64,000 nt of DNA. Source: an uncultured Christensenella sp. GTDB taxonomy: Bacteria; Bacillota; Clostridia; Christensenellales; UBA1242. Numbering within the stretch: position 1 is the stretch's first letter; each line of letters begins with the position of its first letter. Positions 1-9,643 of the stretch are shown one piece after another. Location of the stretch: positions 24,021 to 88,020 of the forward strand of contig CAYSUK010000003.1 in the NCBI GenBank assembly GCA_964434265.1, in the 5' to 3' direction. A program made the position numbers and the translations under genes. Under the pieces are notes generated by a model. It ran no database searches. It was given only the letters and a program-made list of their open reading frames with translations, and was not told the DNA's origin.

Positions 1-3000
1 AATTGTAAGCGATAGTCTTTACATAATCTGTTCCAAGTGTGGCGTCGTCATAACCAGTAAATACTACTGTTACATTTATAGGCACAACAATCATTGTTAT
101 GTCCAAATTGTCCGTTCCTACAGTGTATGTGATTTTATTATCAGAACCAAGTTGTAATACATTTCCACCTATATTTACACCCCATAGTCTCCAGTTTTCG
201 GTCGTATTTAGGGTATATGTTATGGTGATTGTAGAAGTAGGATTTATAGCAAGAGTTTTGTCGTCATCAATAGAAATTTGTTTGCCATCATACTCTGCAT
301 CATCAATTGCAACGATGTTTGTATATATTGCACTTAATGTATTATCAAAAGAAACATTGGCATTGTTGCGATAATCAACAAACGAATTAGTTTGTGTAAT
401 GTATGCATAGCCTGATACAAATTTAGCATATACTTGAGTCGACTCAGTCAAGTTTGTAATAGTCAAGATTTCGTTGTTTTGACCAGATACAGCAAATACA
501 CCGCTAGTTGTGGTTATTTGAGTATCGTCCACAAACCAACCTTCAAAACGTGCGATATATGTTTGTGTTTTTAACTCGTGAGCTGTCAAAGTCACAGATA
601 TTTTGCCATCACCAGTAAGTGTCTCGTCACAACGTTTTGTATCGAGATCGCTATCTGTCGTAAAGTATCCATAATCGACATTGCAAGGTGTGTTGTTGTA
701 AGTTGTAACAACATTTAGATTTACACTATTAAGCGAGTAAACAAAAGTCACGTCCATTTCGCTTTTTGTATATTTAAACTTGCCACTAATAGTTATCTTT
801 TCATCACCAAACTTAAATGCTGTCAAACTGCAATTATTTATCGACCTATCCACCACAACCGAAACCACTACTTCTTCTTTGGCACGAGTAGTTGTGTCTG
901 TAATATGGTCAAAAGTAATAGTGATAGTGTCTTCTGATTTAGACTTAGTAATAACATAATCCGAATCAGATTCTACTATATATTGACCGGCATTTTGCAT
1001 AGTGAACGCACTGTCACTTGTATCACCTAGTCCAAAGTTTAACGTAATTAAAGCCGATTGATACACAGGGAAAATCAACAAATTGTAGTGCGAATCAAAT
1101 GCACTTGGTGTAATTGTTTCGCCAAAATTAAATACTTTTGTTTTGCCGTTTTCTTTATAGTGATCACCGTAAATATTGTTTTCAGTATAACATACAGCAA
1201 AGCCTATAATTTGCTTGCCGTTTTGCGAATAAATAGATTTCGAAGTAGACTCATCTAATAGAGAAACAGTCTCACCCCGTTTAATCTTATAAACATTGTA
1301 TTTATCAGCAGTAATAGTATTCAACAATTTGTATTGTATCGAATAATAATTTCTGTACACCGCTCTTATAGTTATGTCTTCATAATATTTGTTTGAAGAG
1401 TTGTTGTCGCCAAAATTTACAATGCTATTATTGTCGCTTCTTATCCACGAATCAAAGTAAACTATATCATTATCTGTAGATTTTGCAACAACTTCGTCTG
1501 GAAGACTACTTATCACTTCTCCCGCAACATACTTAAAAGTTTCTTCATATTTTTGCTCAGTAATTGTAAATGTTATGTACACATATTTTACTGGATACAA
1601 GTTTAACAATTTTGTGCTACTATAAGCATTTGCAAGCTCAGTTGTGAGTGCAAAACTAAAACTACTTTGATAACTACAACTAGCATCTGGATTATATGTA
1701 TAATTTGAAGTTTGTCTTACAAAACCTTTGTATCTATCTTCATCAAACTCACGCGAAACAACATCACCTTCTACTAGCGATATCTCTTCTTTTGTGTTTG
1801 AATCAAACTCGCCTTCGCTTGTTAAGTCTTTCCAAATAATAAGTGTATATTTTGCCGTAGTAACTGGTGTAAGCGTAACATTTGATTTTATCTTAAAGCT
1901 CTCAGCCCATGACTTCGAATAATTATAACCGCTATCTGTTTGATTAAGACTGATACGATAGTTTTGCGAGCCATATTTCCAACCTACAAGCACATATCCA
2001 TCGATATTTCCTATTCTTTCATCTGCGCTTGTAAGAAGCGGATTTGTCCTGCTTCCAATTGTGTCGCCATCACCATACTCAACAACAATATTTTCTTTGC
2101 CTAGACTGCTTAGGTCATAAGTAAGCTTTAGCACCTTAACATATGTCGTAGTCAAAACTAAGTTTTTCCTAACAACACCTATCTCAATATATCCATCTTT
2201 ACCGACATAATATTTTGTGCCGTTTTGATCTACAAAACAACTAAAACGATACTCTATTCCATTATCCAAAATACTTTGTCTTGTAGTATCAAATTTAGTG
2301 TCATCATTTTTCTCTGGTGTCACACCATAAGAAGTCGAAATTTCGATCGGTGTCCCGTAGACATTATTATGTACATCGGTGTACTTAATAACAACTGTAA
2401 GATCATCAGCACCCCACTCAATTTCAAATATTATACTCTCACCACTTGGAGAATCTAGGTCATCTACAGTTATTTCTGTTTCTGGCTCAAATGTTTGTTC
2501 TGCATATTTCCACTTTGCAATATAGTGCCCTTCTTTTGTAAATACACTTGACAAAGCGCTTGCCGAAACAAGGGTATAAGTCGAGCCATCATACAAAAGA
2601 TCACTTGATGTGTAGTTTTTGCCAGTTTCGCTATCTTGATAAATAATTTTGTACACTCTAGTCCATACAGCATACAAATGGAAATCTTCTACTTGTCTTA
2701 GTTTTAATTGGTTTTCAAATGTATAAATATCACCTGTGCCATCGGCATTTGTCGACCAACCGGTAATACGATACATTGTTTTTTCAAAACCAGTTTTGTC
2801 TTGATTTAATACTTGAAACAACTCTTCATAATCATGTGACTCTTCATACACAGTTTGGTCATCTGCACTTGTGTTTTGATGATAAATTACATTAACTGTT
2901 TTCTTTGTCCAAACGGCATAAAATCCGCTAGGCGTCGAATCAGTAATAGTTAGTTTTTCACCATAAGCATACTTTCTTTCACCTATAAGCCAAGCACTAA

Positions 3001-6000
3001 TATAACTTGAATAGTTTGTGTTTGATGTAAAATCATCAAACAGAGTTCCATCAATGTCGCCGACAGTGATTTCATCGCCTGTAGTCGCAACAATTGTTTG
3101 TTTGGAGATTCCCGCAACTTGTGAATAATAAGTAAATGTGCGAAGTTGGATCACTTCAAGTCTAAAACTTAAAGTAGAGTTGTTGGACAAAATATCCGAC
3201 GTTATTGTAATAGATGAGCCCAACTCATAACTATTTTTTCCTAAATACCACTTTAATGCACGATAACTTACTCCGTTGTGGCTCAAAATACTTTGAACGT
3301 CACTTAGACTAGGCAAGTTTAAGGTATCTCCAAGTTGGACTTTTACATCTTCAAATCCATTTTCCAATACACCTTCGTTGTTGTCAGCATACACAGTATA
3401 AAATTTTGTAGGATATGTACCCTTCTCAACAATTGGCATAAGCAAAATGTCTGAAGTTATGGTGTACATTTCTTGAGTGCCAGTTAAATCAAATTGTTTT
3501 TCACTATCGACTATTTGCCACATATTGTTGTACACATATCCGACATTAGTCTTAATGCTTGTTATGTATTTTTTCACAATCGAAATAAGGTCAATTTTAC
3601 TTCCCGACACATACGACAAAACAGTGTTATTTTTCCCTGAATAACTAAATGTGTCGTCATTATCTGCAAACCCTACATGATAGAGTGTGGCATATACAGC
3701 ATAAAAATCTATACTCAATACCCCATCATTTTCATTAAACAAAGCTTTTGTCTCAGCTTCGGTTTTGCCTAGTTGTGACATAAGTCCAGAAATTGTCATA
3801 GTAAGACTTGTACCTACTACACCCACTTCGGTTCCGTCTAAAAGCGTCCACTTCGAAAGAGCCTCATTTTCTTGTTCAAACTCTTCATCAATACTTTGGT
3901 CTGGTAATGTAAAACTAGTATTGTAAGAGAGATTTTGAGTGTATGTTGTATCTTCGTCACTTGATTTGTGATAGATTATGTTTACTTGTTTTTGAGTGTA
4001 TGTGGTCACAAGCGAAATACTTAAAGTCACAACAATCTCATCTGTTTCTACTTCTTGTTCGTTTAAAGTCCATGAACCATTTTCAAAACCAAACACTTCT
4101 GGAATTGTAAGGTCAATTGCTTCTATCTCATTAAGCGATGTCCCGTACTTAATCGAATTGTAAGTTCGTGTATTTTCAACAGTGTTTTTAATTGGATCAA
4201 CAATTATTAAAGAGACATTAAATGTTTGGATTTTAGTGTGCAATGTAATGGTCATATCCGACTCTATTGATTGATAACATTTTGTAATATCAGGGATTTG
4301 ACCATCTACTCCGCTTATCTCCCAATAATCATAAGTCAAACCTTCTGGCAAGGATATTTGTGCCATAATGTTGTTTGACGCAACAAATCCACCAGTGTTT
4401 CCGACAAGAGTGCCATGGGCGACATCGCTCACAACAATAGACTCAAATCCTTCAAGACTATCACCATCAGCATCAACAACATTTACAGTGACTGTATATA
4501 GTTTGACAGAATATTTGATATATATAGAAAGACTTGACGATTTGGCAGGGTCAAACAAATTTTGTTCTGTTTGGTCATCACCTTCACCCGTCAAATATTT
4601 TGAGTAAACAGTAAGTTCTGTATCTACCGCTAGCACAACATCGCCACCAGCCCTTAGTGAAAAACCATCTAGCGAATAACCTTTAGGAATGGAGATATTA
4701 GTTGCGTTGTCACCAAACTCAATTGTATTTCCAAGCAAAACACTTCCGACATTACCCGAATAATCAGCATATGTCATTTTGATTTGTCTTAGTAGCGACC
4801 CACGCAAACCTTCAGTCGTTGTGTTGTAGATGTTTAGGGTATAAACTATAGGTGTCCAAGATGCATACAAAGTAGTATCTTCACCAAATGATACGGTATT
4901 TCTTCCTACATAACGTGTTTTTGGACTGTATTCTTCTAGTCCGTCTTCGGTAAATCTATTTTCCGCAGTGACCCAACCATTAAATGTGTGATAAGGTCGT
5001 GTTGGATTTGGAGTCGACGGTATAGTAATCGTATTGCCAGTTATGGTATAAATAGTTTGTGGAACATCTCCTTCTACATCGTCATAACCTTTATCAAAAG
5101 TAACAGTTATTTGAGTTTTCCAAAGCGCTTTAATGACAAAATCATATGCGCCGTCATCTACTTTATTGTTACGTTTTGTGCTATATTTACATATGTCTTG
5201 AGTTGCTGTTGAGGCTGAAAGAACTTTGCCGTCATTGTATTGATATACTTTGCCGTCAGGTCCGACCACTGCCCAACCACACAACAAATACACCACACCA
5301 TCTTTAGTGTATTTTGCATTTGATTGGCCATCACTGTCTAATGAGTTGTATACAGTGTGCGACTCCCATTTGCCAGTTGCGTCTTGATAATTGTATCTCA
5401 CAATAGGGTCTGGATTTTGCAAACGCATATTGTTTAGATAATCACTAAACTCGATATTTTGTGGATTGGCATCAATGCAGACCAATTTGTCATTGCTAAG
5501 CGTGTTTATAGAAAAATCATATTTAATATGATACTCGTTTGGACTCCAATGTGGATACAAAACAATTTGACGTGTTGTGCCAAAATACAAAGTGTCATCA
5601 GCTATCATCGAAGCATCTGTTACAAAACGATAGTATGTCGAAGTATCATATACAGTCGAAGCACTTTTAGTTAATGACCAACCATCAAAATAATATCCGT
5701 CACGTTTGATGCCTGACATAACATCTCTTAGTTTGCCACTTGTATTTGCACTAACTGGTTGGGTGTCATATGTCTTACCATTATAGACGTATTTTATATG
5801 ATAAAATTGTTCCCAATTTGCGTACAACACATAAGTTTTTACACCCTTTCGCAAAAATTCAAAACCAGCATCATCATTTGTGTAATATCTGTCAAAATCT
5901 TCTGGATTAAATATCGTTTCATCGTTGTACTCGACTCCGCCATTTTTGCCTGTAAACCAACCCAAAAATTTATGCGAAACCACCGATGTGTCAGAAGCAT

Positions 6001-7069
6001 CATATACATTGCCATCTAATAAATCATTTGAATACACACCGCCATCAACTAGACGCATTTTAATTTTGTAATAATAACCCGTTTTGGCTTGGAAATAGTC
6101 AGAATTTAAAATGCTGCCATTTTTGTCGCCTACCATTATTGATGAGTCGACAATTTGATAAATACTGCCTTGACGCGAGTCTTTATTCAGACAAAACAAC
6201 ACGTCAAACTCCACAACTTGCCATTTTGCATACAACACAATAGGTGCGTTGTTGTCGATATTATATATAGGGGACAAGTCTGAGTTTGAAAGTTGGTTTA
6301 GACCCATATACACTTGATCAAAGTTTATTGGAAGAGTAAACTCTTTATCCAAATACCAGCCGACAAATGTATAATATCCTTTATCATTTACTGGAGATGC
6401 TGGACTCTCCATTTTATAAGAATATTTGTACTCTTGTGAAGAATACAACTTTTGATTTTCGTCATTATATTTTATATCGCCCTTTGCATCAACAACAATA
6501 TCTGCATTGTCGCTAAGGTCTTGGATAAAATATGTTACAGTGTATTGGTTTGGCTCCCACATAGCATACAAACTTACGTTTGAGGCCGGCATTAAAAAGT
6601 CGCCACCACCACTACACAAAACGCTTGTCGAATTTGGAGTTGTGGACCAACCCATAAAAGTATAACCTTCTTTCATATCTATCAAAGAAGTTGTTTCGCC
6701 ATTTATAACAATCTCTTCACTGCCATCTGGCGTCCATACATGATCGCCAATATGTTGGGTTTGAGCCAAGTAAATGTTTGAATACAATATACCAGCAACA
6801 TAACAATTGTATGTAAGAGAATAATCAATCGCTTCGTATTTAGCGTAGAGTTCCATATCATTTGAAATAGCCTCATTGTATTGGAAGGACTCAGTGCATG
6901 CTTGGTCGGTATACCAACCAACAAATACATATCCTTCTTTTTCAGGCTTTTTGAGTGCTGGGACACTCGAATTTTTCTTGATTTGGATTGTATCATATAG
7001 GGCATCATCACTTATCAAGTGCAACGAAACTCTTGGATAAAAGTTGATGTACAATAATGTCGACACCAA
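1..7069 (-). CDS. giant cell-surface protein built from Listeria-Bacteroides (Flg_new / InlB B-repeat type) repeats; 3' end runs off the left edge
   Basis: Absent from the ORF track because it has no stop in the window. The minus frame with codon first bases at coordinates = 1 mod 3 is open from TAA 7103-7105 to base 1. My translation near the 5' end: LLILVSTLLYINFYPRVSLHLISDDALYDTIQIKKNSSVPALKKPEKEGYVFVGWYTDQACTESFQYNEAISNDMELYAKYEAIDYSLTYN...EGYTFMGWSTTPNS...NVSLYAMWEPNQYTVTYF. These are repeated GYxFxGW...LYAxW units. The same frame gives TKDGVVYLLCGWAVVGPDGKVYQYNDGKV at 5222-5308 and VTVVFTGYDDATLGTDYVKTIAYN at the left edge. First in-frame starts are TTG 7069 and GTG 7066. ATG 7131 is out of frame (see findings). 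Confidence 0.85.
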   Translation of the reverse strand, partial: MVSTLLYINFYPRVSLHLISDDALYDTIQIKKNSSVPALKKPEKEGYVFVGWYTDQACTESFQYNEAISNDMELYAKYEAIDYSLTYNCYVAGILYSNIYLAQTQHIGDHVWTPDGSEEIVINGETTSLIDMKEGYTFMGWSTTPNSTSVLCSGGGDFLMPASNVSLYAMWEPNQYTVTYFIQDLSDNADIVVDAKGDIKYNDENQKLYSSQEYKYSYKMESPASPVNDKGYYTFVGWYLDKEFTLPINFDQVYMGLNQLSNSDLSPIYNIDNNAPIVLYAKWQVVEFDVLFCLNKDSRQGSIYQIVDSSIMVGDKNGSILNSDYFQAKTGYYYKIKMRLVDGGVYSNDLLDGNVYDASDTSVVSHKFLGWFTGKNGGVEYNDETIFNPEDFDRYYTNDDAGFEFLRKGVKTYVLYANWEQFYHIKYVYNGKTYDTQPVSANTSGKLRDVMSGIKRDGYYFDGWSLTKSASTVYDTSTYYRFVTDASMIADDTLYFGTTRQIVLYPHWSPNEYHIKYDFSINTLSNDKLVCIDANPQNIEFSDYLNNMRLQNPDPIVRYNYQDATGKWESHTVYNSLDSDGQSNAKYTKDGVVYLLCGWAVVGPDGKVYQYNDGKVLSASTATQDICKYSTKRNNKVDDGAYDFVIKALWKTQITVTFDKGYDDVEGDVPQTIYTITGNTITIPSTPNPTRPYHTFNGWVTAENRFTEDGLEEYSPKTRYVGRNTVSFGEDTTLYASWTPIVYTLNIYNTTTEGLRGSLLRQIKMTYADYSGNVGSVLLGNTIEFGDNATNISIPKGYSLDGFSLRAGGDVVLAVDTELTVYSKYLTGEGDDQTEQNLFDPAKSSSLSIYIKYSVKLYTVTVNVVDADGDSLEGFESIVVSDVAHGTLVGNTGGFVASNNIMAQISLPEGLTYDYWEISGVDGQIPDITKCYQSIESDMTITLHTKIQTFNVSLIIVDPIKNTVENTRTYNSIKYGTSLNEIEAIDLTIPEVFGFENGSWTLNEQEVETDEIVVTLSISLVTTYTQKQVNIIYHKSSDEDTTYTQNLSYNTSFTLPDQSIDEEFEQENEALSKWTLLDGTEVGVVGTSLTMTISGLMSQLGKTEAETKALFNENDGVLSIDFYAVYATLYHVGFADNDDTFSYSGKNNTVLSYVSGSKIDLISIVKKYITSIKTNVGYVYNNMWQIVDSEKQFDLTGTQEMYTITSDILLMPIVEKGTYPTKFYTVYADNNEGVLENGFEDVKVQLGDTLNLPSLSDVQSILSHNGVSYRALKWYLGKNSYELGSSITITSDILSNNSTLSFRLEVIQLRTFTYYSQVAGISKQTIVATTGDEITVGDIDGTLFDDFTSNTNYSSYISAWLIGERKYAYGEKLTITDSTPSGFYAVWTKKTVNVIYHQNTSADDQTVYEESHDYEELFQVLNQDKTGFEKTMYRITGWSTNADGTGDIYTFENQLKLRQVEDFHLYAVWTRVYKIIYQDSETGKNYTSSDLLYDGSTYTLVSASALSSVFTKEGHYIAKWKYAEQTFEPETEITVDDLDSPSGESIIFEIEWGADDLTVVIKYTDVHNNVYGTPIEISTSYGVTPEKNDDTKFDTTRQSILDNGIEYRFSCFVDQNGTKYYVGKDGYIEIGVVRKNLVLTTTYVKVLKLTYDLSSLGKENIVVEYGDGDTIGSRTNPLLTSADERIGNIDGYVLVGWKYGSQNYRISLNQTDSGYNYSKSWAESFKIKSNVTLTPVTTAKYTLIIWKDLTSEGEFDSNTKEEISLVEGDVVSREFDEDRYKGFVRQTSNYTYNPDASCSYQSSFSFALTTELANAYSSTKLLNLYPVKYVYITFTITEQKYEETFKYVAGEVISSLPDEVVAKSTDNDIVYFDSWIRSDNNSIVNFGDNNSSNKYYEDITIRAVYRNYYSIQYKLLNTITADKYNVYKIKRGETVSLLDESTSKSIYSQNGKQIIGFAVCYTENNIYGDHYKENGKTKVFNFGETITPSAFDSHYNLLIFPVYQSALITLNFGLGDTSDSAFTMQNAGQYIVESDSDYVITKSKSEDTITITFDHITDTTTRAKEEVVVSVVVDRSINNCSLTAFKFGDEKITISGKFKYTKSEMDVTFVYSLNSVNLNVVTTYNNTPCNVDYGYFTTDSDLDTKRCDETLTGDGKISVTLTAHELKTQTYIARFEGWFVDDTQITTTSGVFAVSGQNNEILTITNLTESTQVYAKFVSGYAYITQTNSFVDYRNNANVSFDNTLSAIYTNIVAIDDAEYDGKQISIDDDKTLAINPTSTITITYTLNTTENWRLWGVNIGGNVLQLGSDNKITYTVGTDNLDITMIVVPINVTVVFTGYDDATLGTDYVKTIAYN

Positions 7070-7156
7070 GATTAGAAGAATCAATATTGAAATAAGAATT
7101 AAATTAACCAACAATTTTCTACGTTTACTCATGATTTTCTCCCATTTATATATATA

Positions 7157-7185
7157 AATATATATAAAAGTACAATATTTGTCAA
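7157..7185 (-). promoter_or_regulatory. promoter of the giant surface protein gene
   Basis: TTGACA (7180-7185), 17 nt, TATATT (7157-7162). Followed by RBS GGGAGA and ATG 7131. Confidence 0.6.
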
Positions 7186-7253
7186 CTTAAAATACATGGT
7201 GTGAAACATCATTTTATTTATTTTTAACTTATCAAAACTCACGCAAAATTGTT

Positions 7254-8528
7254 TTAAAACTTATCTTGTATTTTTATATCCAACACTATTTCACAATTAT
7301 CTAAATATTGCTCTTCATTTGAAAGGTTCTCAAGATATTCTTTCCACTCTTTATTTTTACGTTTTGTAAAGAGTGTCGAGTATTCTAAAATATCGACATT
7401 ATTTTCTTTGCTCTTTTCCAAAATACTCTCCGCCCCTGATGTGAGTTTTTCTTTTATCATATCCTTAATTGTTTTGCCTATATGTGTTTTTGCATTGTCG
7501 ACTTGCTCAATGCTTGTCATATCTTCACACACTTCATATAGTGACACAACCATGCTTATTTGACACTTGATTGTTGGTTTGCCATTTTCAAAACTATACT
7601 TATTTTTGCTCTTTATTTTCACGATATCTATGCCGACATTTGCCTTATTTTTATCTTCATCTTCGACATCTTCAATTAGCATATATGTAGAGCGCAATGT
7701 ATGATTGTATATCTCATAAAACATTGTTTCGTCTTTATTTATTTCACAAACCCTAATCCCTTTTTTGAGAATTGCTAATGTATCTGTTCCTTTTATTTTC
7801 TCTTCGGAATTGCTTCCGCCTTCTCCACCACTCGAATCACTTGAACCGCCAGATTGTTCACTTTCACCGCCACCACTAGACTGGCCTTGACCACCTTCGC
7901 CACTCGACTGCTCTTTATCTTCGGGTTTTTCTATCTCAAATACATTTAGATATGTCACTCCACTTTCACCAAAATACATTTTATATATGTCATCAATATT
8001 GCTTCCAACACCCATAGTCGAATGGTTTTCTTTTTGCACCAGATTTGAAAGCAACACCGTCGACAAAGCCTTTTCATTAAGTGCTGTTTGAAGCATTTTC
8101 TTTGCTCCATCTTTACAATTTACAAGATAAGCCCGTTTTGTAATATTGTATTGACGTACAAAAAAATCTATTGTTTTCGTAATATCTTCTTCCAAAACCT
8201 TATCGTCCACAACAATAAAATCACAATGAGCCAATCCGACTTTCTTTCCGATATTATAGGCCAACTGATTAAATGCTTCGCCAACCGTCTTGCCCTTAGT
8301 CGAAACTAAATACAGATTACTACCAGGGTCGCTCGTATTTGACGGCACAACCATAAGTCCACTTACTTCATATTGGTCTTCCTTTTTATCGATTCCGACC
8401 GCTGTTATAATGGCGCGAGTATCTGACTCCGCTTCCAAATAAAATGCCTTTGGAAAAAACAACACGGCGAGCAATATAAAAACAATCCACGTTTTGCTCT
8501 TAGTTAGTTTTTTAAAAAAATGTTTCAT
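7254..8528 (-). CDS. spore germination receptor subunit C, Ger(x)C family
   Basis: 424 aa. An N-terminal hydrophobic anchor is followed by AIITAVGIDKKEDQYEVSGLMVVP...KGKTVGEAFNQLAYNIGKKVGLAHCDFIVVDDKVLEEDITKTIDFFVR, the Ger(x)C layout. It is the last gene of an A-B-C operon and overlaps the B gene by 4 nt. No lipobox Cys seen. Carries a G/S/E-rich insert. Confidence 0.8.
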   Translation of the reverse strand: MKHFFKKLTKSKTWIVFILLAVLFFPKAFYLEAESDTRAIITAVGIDKKEDQYEVSGLMVVPSNTSDPGSNLYLVSTKGKTVGEAFNQLAYNIGKKVGLAHCDFIVVDDKVLEEDITKTIDFFVRQYNITKRAYLVNCKDGAKKMLQTALNEKALSTVLLSNLVQKENHSTMGVGSNIDDIYKMYFGESGVTYLNVFEIEKPEDKEQSSGEGGQGQSSGGGESEQSGGSSDSSGGEGGSNSEEKIKGTDTLAILKKGIRVCEINKDETMFYEIYNHTLRSTYMLIEDVEDEDKNKANVGIDIVKIKSKNKYSFENGKPTIKCQISMVVSLYEVCEDMTSIEQVDNAKTHIGKTIKDMIKEKLTSGAESILEKSKENNVDILEYSTLFTKRKNKEWKEYLENLSNEEQYLDNCEIVLDIKIQDKF

Positions 8529-9643
8529 CTTGCCACCTTCCTTTTATTGTGAGTAGCATAGATATTGTTTTTAGACTTACAAACAAATGATGCAATATAC
8601 AAAAGCACTATAGGAAGTGTCTGAACAACAACAGATGTGATATAAAAATATGGAGAAATCACTATCTCTACACCTTTTGCAAGGCTAAAATATAGACCAT
8701 ACATTCCACCCACTAAAAAAGCCATTATAATAATGTTGTAACAAAATTCATTTTTGACAGTAAAAATGTTTTTTAGCATATTTTTGGCACACAACATCAT
8801 GAGTAGTATCTGAACAATAAGTGTAACTGTCCAAATGATAATATTTACCCATTCAAGCCTACCATCATCAAGTGGTACTTGCGATTGCATAGGCACATCA
8901 CTCACAGCAAGCGGCTGCATTACGCCTACATCTCCAAAAACTCCCACAAACACAATATGGAAAAGAACAACTACTGCATTTGCAATAAAAACATATTTAT
9001 ATATTTTCCTTACGGGCTTGTCTTCATATTTTATATTACCAGCATACAACAAAAGTATCAGATAATCGCCATAACTAAAATTTGTGATTATTGTAGCTTT
9101 ACCAATAGGTAAAAAACCGTCTTGCAAAAACGGTAAGAAATTGTCAAAATCCACCCTACCTATTGACACAAATATAGAAGTAACAGTGCCAATAATGATA
9201 ATCACAAAACACATCTCAATAGTCCGAGAAAAAGATTTTAACCCACGATTTAATACAAACCAACCCAAAACCAAAATCGGAATTATAAAATAATACCAAT
9301 CTAATTTATCATACAAAAGCACAAAGAAAAAATTATGGCACTCTTTCATTGTAAGTAGACATTTTGACAGAAAGTATGCAAATAATGTCACAAACACTAT
9401 CTTACTTACCAATTTCCCATATGTTTTCTCCATTATTTCCTTAAATGTTTTGTCTGGGTTTTTCTTCAAAGATGACAATGTCAATACTACAAATACAAAT
9501 TCAATCATAAATGATAGGATTACGCTAAGATAGGCATTGTTGCTTGCATATCTTGCCACCAGTGCCGGATATATTAGAAGTTTGAGTGACAAGATGGAAA
9601 CAAACATCGCTATTCCTACTTGACGTTCGGTCGCTTTTACCAT
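8525..9643 (-). CDS. spore germination receptor subunit B (GerAB-type spore permease)
   Basis: 372 aa, about 10 hydrophobic helices. Sits between the A and C subunits, with start/stop overlaps on both sides. Confidence 0.8.
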   Translation of the reverse strand: MVKATERQVGIAMFVSILSLKLLIYPALVARYASNNAYLSVILSFMIEFVFVVLTLSSLKKNPDKTFKEIMEKTYGKLVSKIVFVTLFAYFLSKCLLTMKECHNFFFVLLYDKLDWYYFIIPILVLGWFVLNRGLKSFSRTIEMCFVIIIIGTVTSIFVSIGRVDFDNFLPFLQDGFLPIGKATIITNFSYGDYLILLLYAGNIKYEDKPVRKIYKYVFIANAVVVLFHIVFVGVFGDVGVMQPLAVSDVPMQSQVPLDDGRLEWVNIIIWTVTLIVQILLMMLCAKNMLKNIFTVKNEFCYNIIIMAFLVGGMYGLYFSLAKGVEIVISPYFYITSVVVQTLPIVLLYIASFVCKSKNNIYATHNKRKVAR

